Source: Guillardia theta CCMP2712 (lineage: Eukaryota > Protista > Cryptophyta). Taken from it: a stretch of 64,000 bases of DNA. How positions within the stretch are numbered: position 1 is the stretch's first letter; each line of letters starts with the position of its first letter. The position numbers and the translations under genes were made by a program. Positions 59,871-64,000 of the stretch are shown here, piece by piece. Below the pieces are notes generated by a model. It did no database searches. It worked only from the letters and a program-made list of their open reading frames with translations, and was not told the DNA's origin. The stretch lies in the NCBI RefSeq assembly GCF_000315625.1, contig NW_005434663.1, forward strand, positions 525,882-589,881, read 5' to 3'.

Positions 59871-62800
59871 ATGGACCTGGAGGGCTTGGCTGAGGCATGC
59901 GCGCATGCAGAGGCTCCCTCCTCCTCCTCCTCCTCCTCCTCCTTCCCTGTGAAGGTCAGAGCAACGAGATCGCCTTCCTCTTTCGCCCCCAACCCTCTTC
60001 TTCGAGCGCTTGACGGCTCAGCCACCGCCGATGGGCGACCAGGGCTGAGGAGGCTCAAAGTCCAACTGAGCAGGCTGCTGTCAGAGGAAGAAGATGAAAA
60101 CTTCCAGTTCTGGCAGGAGCTACCGCAACACTATGCTGAGGCGATTGTAAAGTTTGCGATGTTGATCACTTCGAATGTCTCATTTCTTTTTGCTTCCCTC
60201 AGGTTTTACTTTCGGCAAACAATGACGCTAAAAGCGCATATCATGTGATGGAGATCATTCCGGAGTTGATACAGACGTTCACCTCGCAGCATAATCAAGT
60301 GAAGTGCTACACTGCACTGCTGGTCGTGAAGCACATCCGGCATGAGCTCTCGAGGAACTTGCACCTTCACTTGAGGGACGCGATAAGCTCAGGATGGTCC
60401 GAGTTAGTTGAGGCACTTGTGCTGTTTGAGTTGGCTCGAACCAAGGTATGATGTGATGCCTGCCTGTTGCTGCCTGCCTCCTACTCCTCGCTGACGGCAA
60501 CGTGCTCTCAGATCACACTGTCAAGAGCAAGAGCAGCAAAGTACATGAAGGACCTGCTCAACACATGTTTGAAGCACAGCGCGTACAACCTTCGAGGTGA
60601 CTGCCTGCTCGTGCTGTTGAAGCATGGAGCAGACATCCATGCTGCCGACGACTGGGGAAACACTGCATTGGACTTTGCGACGAAGAGGCAGGAGCAGCTG
60701 ATCAGAGATGTCAAAGTAACTTTTGATGATGATACCTGCGCCTTCGAGGACACGATTCAGATCCTTCGCAAGGCCAGCCTTGTGTCCAGTGACGTTCGCA
60801 GTGTCTGGGCAGGCGATCTGATGCGCCGCTTGAGATTCCTGGGATACGTGGAGAAGAAGCTGACGTGTGTTCTCGGATCTCACATTGCTGAGCGTCGCCC
60901 CTTCGTTTATGGCAAGCATTCGGCCTTGCGCTTCAGGTTAGAAGAACTCGTCTCCTCTTGACGTATCTTCCCGCTGACTTGCAGCGGATCAGCGCTACCT
61001 TACCGAGAGGACTTGAGATCGACGAGGCTACAGGAGCCATCGGCGGAGCGCCTTCGGTGCTGTGCCTGGACGAGCGAGTGACGATCACGGCTTACGACGA
61101 CTCGTCTCGGTCGTGCCTGTCGACCCACCTGGAAGTGACGGCGGTTCACCCCTTGCCGGACAAGTTCGATTACTATCACCATGGATTCATCCTCTGCTTG
61201 GATGTCGACTTCGATCTTCATCCCAGGTTCAGTGTGGCTGGTTACGAGGAGGGCTGGGAGGAGGAGGGAGAGGAGGTCCGAGAGGTAGAGGGAGAAGAGA
61301 CCTGGGACAGGAGGATAGGGGAGAAGATGAGGCACAAGATCCCATCATGTCTGGGGCAGCTGCAGTTTACAGCTCATCCTGATCTCCCTGTTGGAGTCTC
61401 TCTCTGCTCGCAGTCGGGGCGTATCTACGGATGTATGAGCGACGTCAGCGAGCCAGCAGGTGACGTCACCTTGTCAAACTTGACGTGACGTGACGTGACG
61501 TGACGTGACGTGACGTGACGTGGCAGAGTACAAGGTAGTAGCAAGAAACAGGGTCGGGCAGTTGGCGACTTGCTGGGTTGCCATCGGCAGCCAGGAGCCG
61601 CTGCTGTCGCTGGAGTTCGTGCCGAGCCGCAAGCACTTGCTAGTAGGCGAGGAGGTCAACCTGCAAGCCCTCCTCAACACCAGGTGCTGCTTCCTGACCT
61701 GACCAGCATCTGTCATGACTCTGCTCTTGCCCAGAGTCTACAGACCCCCGACCTCTCGTCCTCCCGGTGATCGTCCGTTACAGCTGAAGTTTGACGTGCA
61801 GCCGCCCCTGCCCGCTGGTCTCTTTCTGGACCCGGCGACTGGGGAGATCAGCGGAGCTTGTCAATCGGTCGTGAGCGAGCAGGAACAGGTGGTGACAGCA
61901 TCATGGGAATTTCTGCGAGGGAGGGAGGAGCTGGTGGTGGTGGAGAACGCTGACGAGCAGAGGGGAGGGGAGAAAACGAAGGTGAGGGTGCGAGAGGAGA
62001 AGGGGGGGAAGGGTTGGTTCATCCACGAGAGCCTCAGAATTGTCAGCGTCTCCTCTGCGCTCTCCCTCTCCATCCTCCGCCCTCCCACTCACCTCGAGTA
62101 CGGCAGCTCTTCCCTGTTCCTATCCCCCTCTTCGGACTCCCCTGTCCACTCCCCGACGTTTGACGGCTCTCCTCCTCTCTCCTTCTCCATCTTCCCCCTC
62201 GTTCGAGGGGTCTCGATCGATCACCAGACCGGAGTCATCCGCGGCTCCCCCTTGGACGGCGAGCCCTTCAGCAACAGCAGGACGAGGAGCAGCCCGAAGA
62301 GAGTCCACGTCCTACTCAGCAACCCGGTCGGCAGCGTCAGCAGAGAGATCATCCTCCATGTCATTGACAAGCCCTTCCTCTCCTCCTACACGGAGCCAGA
62401 GGTCACCTGCGCCATCGGCATCCTACTCGACCTTCCCATCAAGACTGCCAGGGGCCACAGGCTCAGATTCTCCGTCTCTCCTCCTCTCCCTCCTGGAATT
62501 CAGCTGGACAGCCGCACGGGGAGGGTGTTCGGAGCAGCGGAGGCTCCTTTGCGCAGGAGCTGCTTCCTTGTTCGGGCGGAGAACGAAGTCGGGGAGGCGT
62601 CGACAAGCTTCTACCTCACCGTCATGGACCCGCCGCTTGCAAGGCAGAGGACGGGGAAGGGCCCCAACACGAGCAAGAAGGTCTCCAGCAAGAGAGCAGA
62701 CGCTGCGAGTGGAAGGGCTGAGGCCAGGCAGGAAGGAGGCGGAGGGAGCAGGAGGATAGGAGGCAACAGCAGCCTGCTCGCTCCTGCACCTGCTTCCACT

Positions 62801-64000
62801 ATCCCATATCTTCCTCCTCCTCAACAGCCTCTTCCCTCCCCTTCCTATCATCCTCATGCCCCTCGTTCGCTCAGATATCGCAGGATGAACAACCTTCTCT
62901 TCTGCATGAACGAGCCCATCGCTCCTCTCCTCCCCGTCCTCCGCCACGGCCTCCCTCCCTTCTACTTCTCCGTCGCTCCTCCTCTTCCCCCTGGCATGCT
63001 TCTTGACCAGGAGCACGGGACGATCTCCGGGACCCCTGAGCAAGCGATTCCACTGATGGTCTATCAGGTGACACCATCCTTCCATGCTGCTCCTGCTCCT
63101 GCTCCTGCTCCCTGCTCCTGCTCCCTGCTCCTGCTCCCTGCTCCTGCTCCCTGCTCCTGCTCTTGCTCCGTATACCTTCCATCCATGTGTTTGCGCTATC
63201 CTTTATCTCTGCTCTTCCCCTTGCTCAGCTCCTCCTCATCTTCCCATCCCTGACCAGCTTCAGGTCACGGCAAAGAACAGTTTCGGCACCTGCTCGGCCG
63301 AGCTGGAGCTGGAGGTGCAAGAAAAGCCCTCGCCTCCCTCCTACTCTTCCTGTTACCTCTCCTTCGGCCTCCATCACTTCGCCGAGTACCCGCTGATCGC
63401 TCCCTCCTCGGGGACGCAGCCAGTCGAGATCCACGCGCTGAACGCGCTGCCCCCTGGGATCAGGCTGGAGAAAGACGGCAGGATATGCGGGACGGCGAGC
63501 GTGCTGATGGGGAGGAAAGAGGTTACGGTGGTTGCCTGCAACGCTGCAGGAACGAGCAAGACGAAGATTGAGATCGAGGTCGTGGAGCCCATCACCGACT
63601 TCAGTTACAGGAAGGGGACGAGGACGGGGGATAAGACGCTTTTCTCTTTCCTCTTCTCCTCCCCCTTCGACAGCGACACGCCCACGGTGGGAGGAGGGAC
63701 GGTAGAGGAGTTCCTGCTGCTTGGGGAGCTGCCGGAGGGGATCAGCCTCGACTCTCAGACAGGGAGGATGACGGGGCAAGCGTCGTTCCCGTCGGAAGGA
63801 GGAGAGGTGACGGAGCGGGAGGTCATCATCGTAGCAAGGAACAAGATCAGCGAGCAGCGGGTGCATGCTCGCTACGTCCCCGTCAGCTTCCTCCTCATCC
63901 GCGTCCTGGACCTCTTCACCGCTCGCCCCATCCCCCGCGTCTCGCTCCGCCTTACCTGCCTGTCGGTACAAGACTCCTCCTCCTCTTCCGTCGATCAGGG
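59871..64000 (+). CDS. Ankyrin repeat + tandem He_PIG (putative Ig) domain protein; runs off the right edge of the window
   Basis: Ankyrin LLKHGADIHAADDWGNTALDFA; repeats LPRGLEIDEATGAIGGAP, LPVGVSLCSQSGRIYG, LPAGLFLDPATGEISG, VRGVSIDHQTGVIRGSP, LPPGIQLDSRTGRVFG, LPPGMLLDQEHGTISGTP, LPPGIRLEKDGRICGT, LPEGISLDSQTGRMTG. Confidence 0.85.
61481..61520 (+). repeat. (TGACG)8 repeat within intron 61460-61526
   Basis: Read directly. Confidence 0.95.
63086..63168. repeat. Degenerate (CTCCTG)n microsatellite, intronic
   Basis: Read directly. Confidence 0.85.

Noticed and set aside
1-64000. Numerous antisense and overlapping ORFs in the six-frame track; transposons
   Set aside because: They are shadow ORFs of GC-rich coding exons. 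No transposase, reverse transcriptase, integrase, LTR or long terminal inverted repeat was recognised.

Overview
Gene-dense eukaryotic nuclear DNA with about 24 protein-coding genes. Most are split by very short (about 45-70 nt) GT-AG introns carrying a (C/T)TGAC branch motif. A bipartite plastid-targeting peptide, flagellar genes and this intron style suggest a cryptophyte alga such as Guillardia theta (inference). Recognisable genes: the 5' end of a beta-CASP/INTS9-like gene at the left edge, a plastid-targeted mitochondrial-carrier-family protein, a fatty acid elongase, SWI3/SMARCC, radial spoke protein 3, a GT4 glycosyltransferase, a PDZ-PDZ-C2 coiled-coil protein, a zeta-toxin-like kinase, eIF3j, CFAP157, and an ankyrin/He_PIG repeat protein. 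Most notable: (1) a glutamate-receptor-type channel with a K+ selectivity filter (TVGYGD), an M4 helix and six extracellular EF-hands in place of the usual amino-terminal domain; (2) divergent INTS8-like and FANCC-like proteins, recognised by eye; (3) a membrane TIR protein with the catalytic Glu and an EF-hand; (4) an ATOM69/Tom36-like CS-Sel1 tail-anchored protein; (5) two recurring non-coding element classes, namely strand-polar GGGGT(A/G) arrays upstream of genes and GC-rich islands made of nested short palindromes. No tRNA, rRNA, CRISPR array or transposase was seen. Homology calls come from remembered family motifs, not database searches. Spliced gene ends are approximate.
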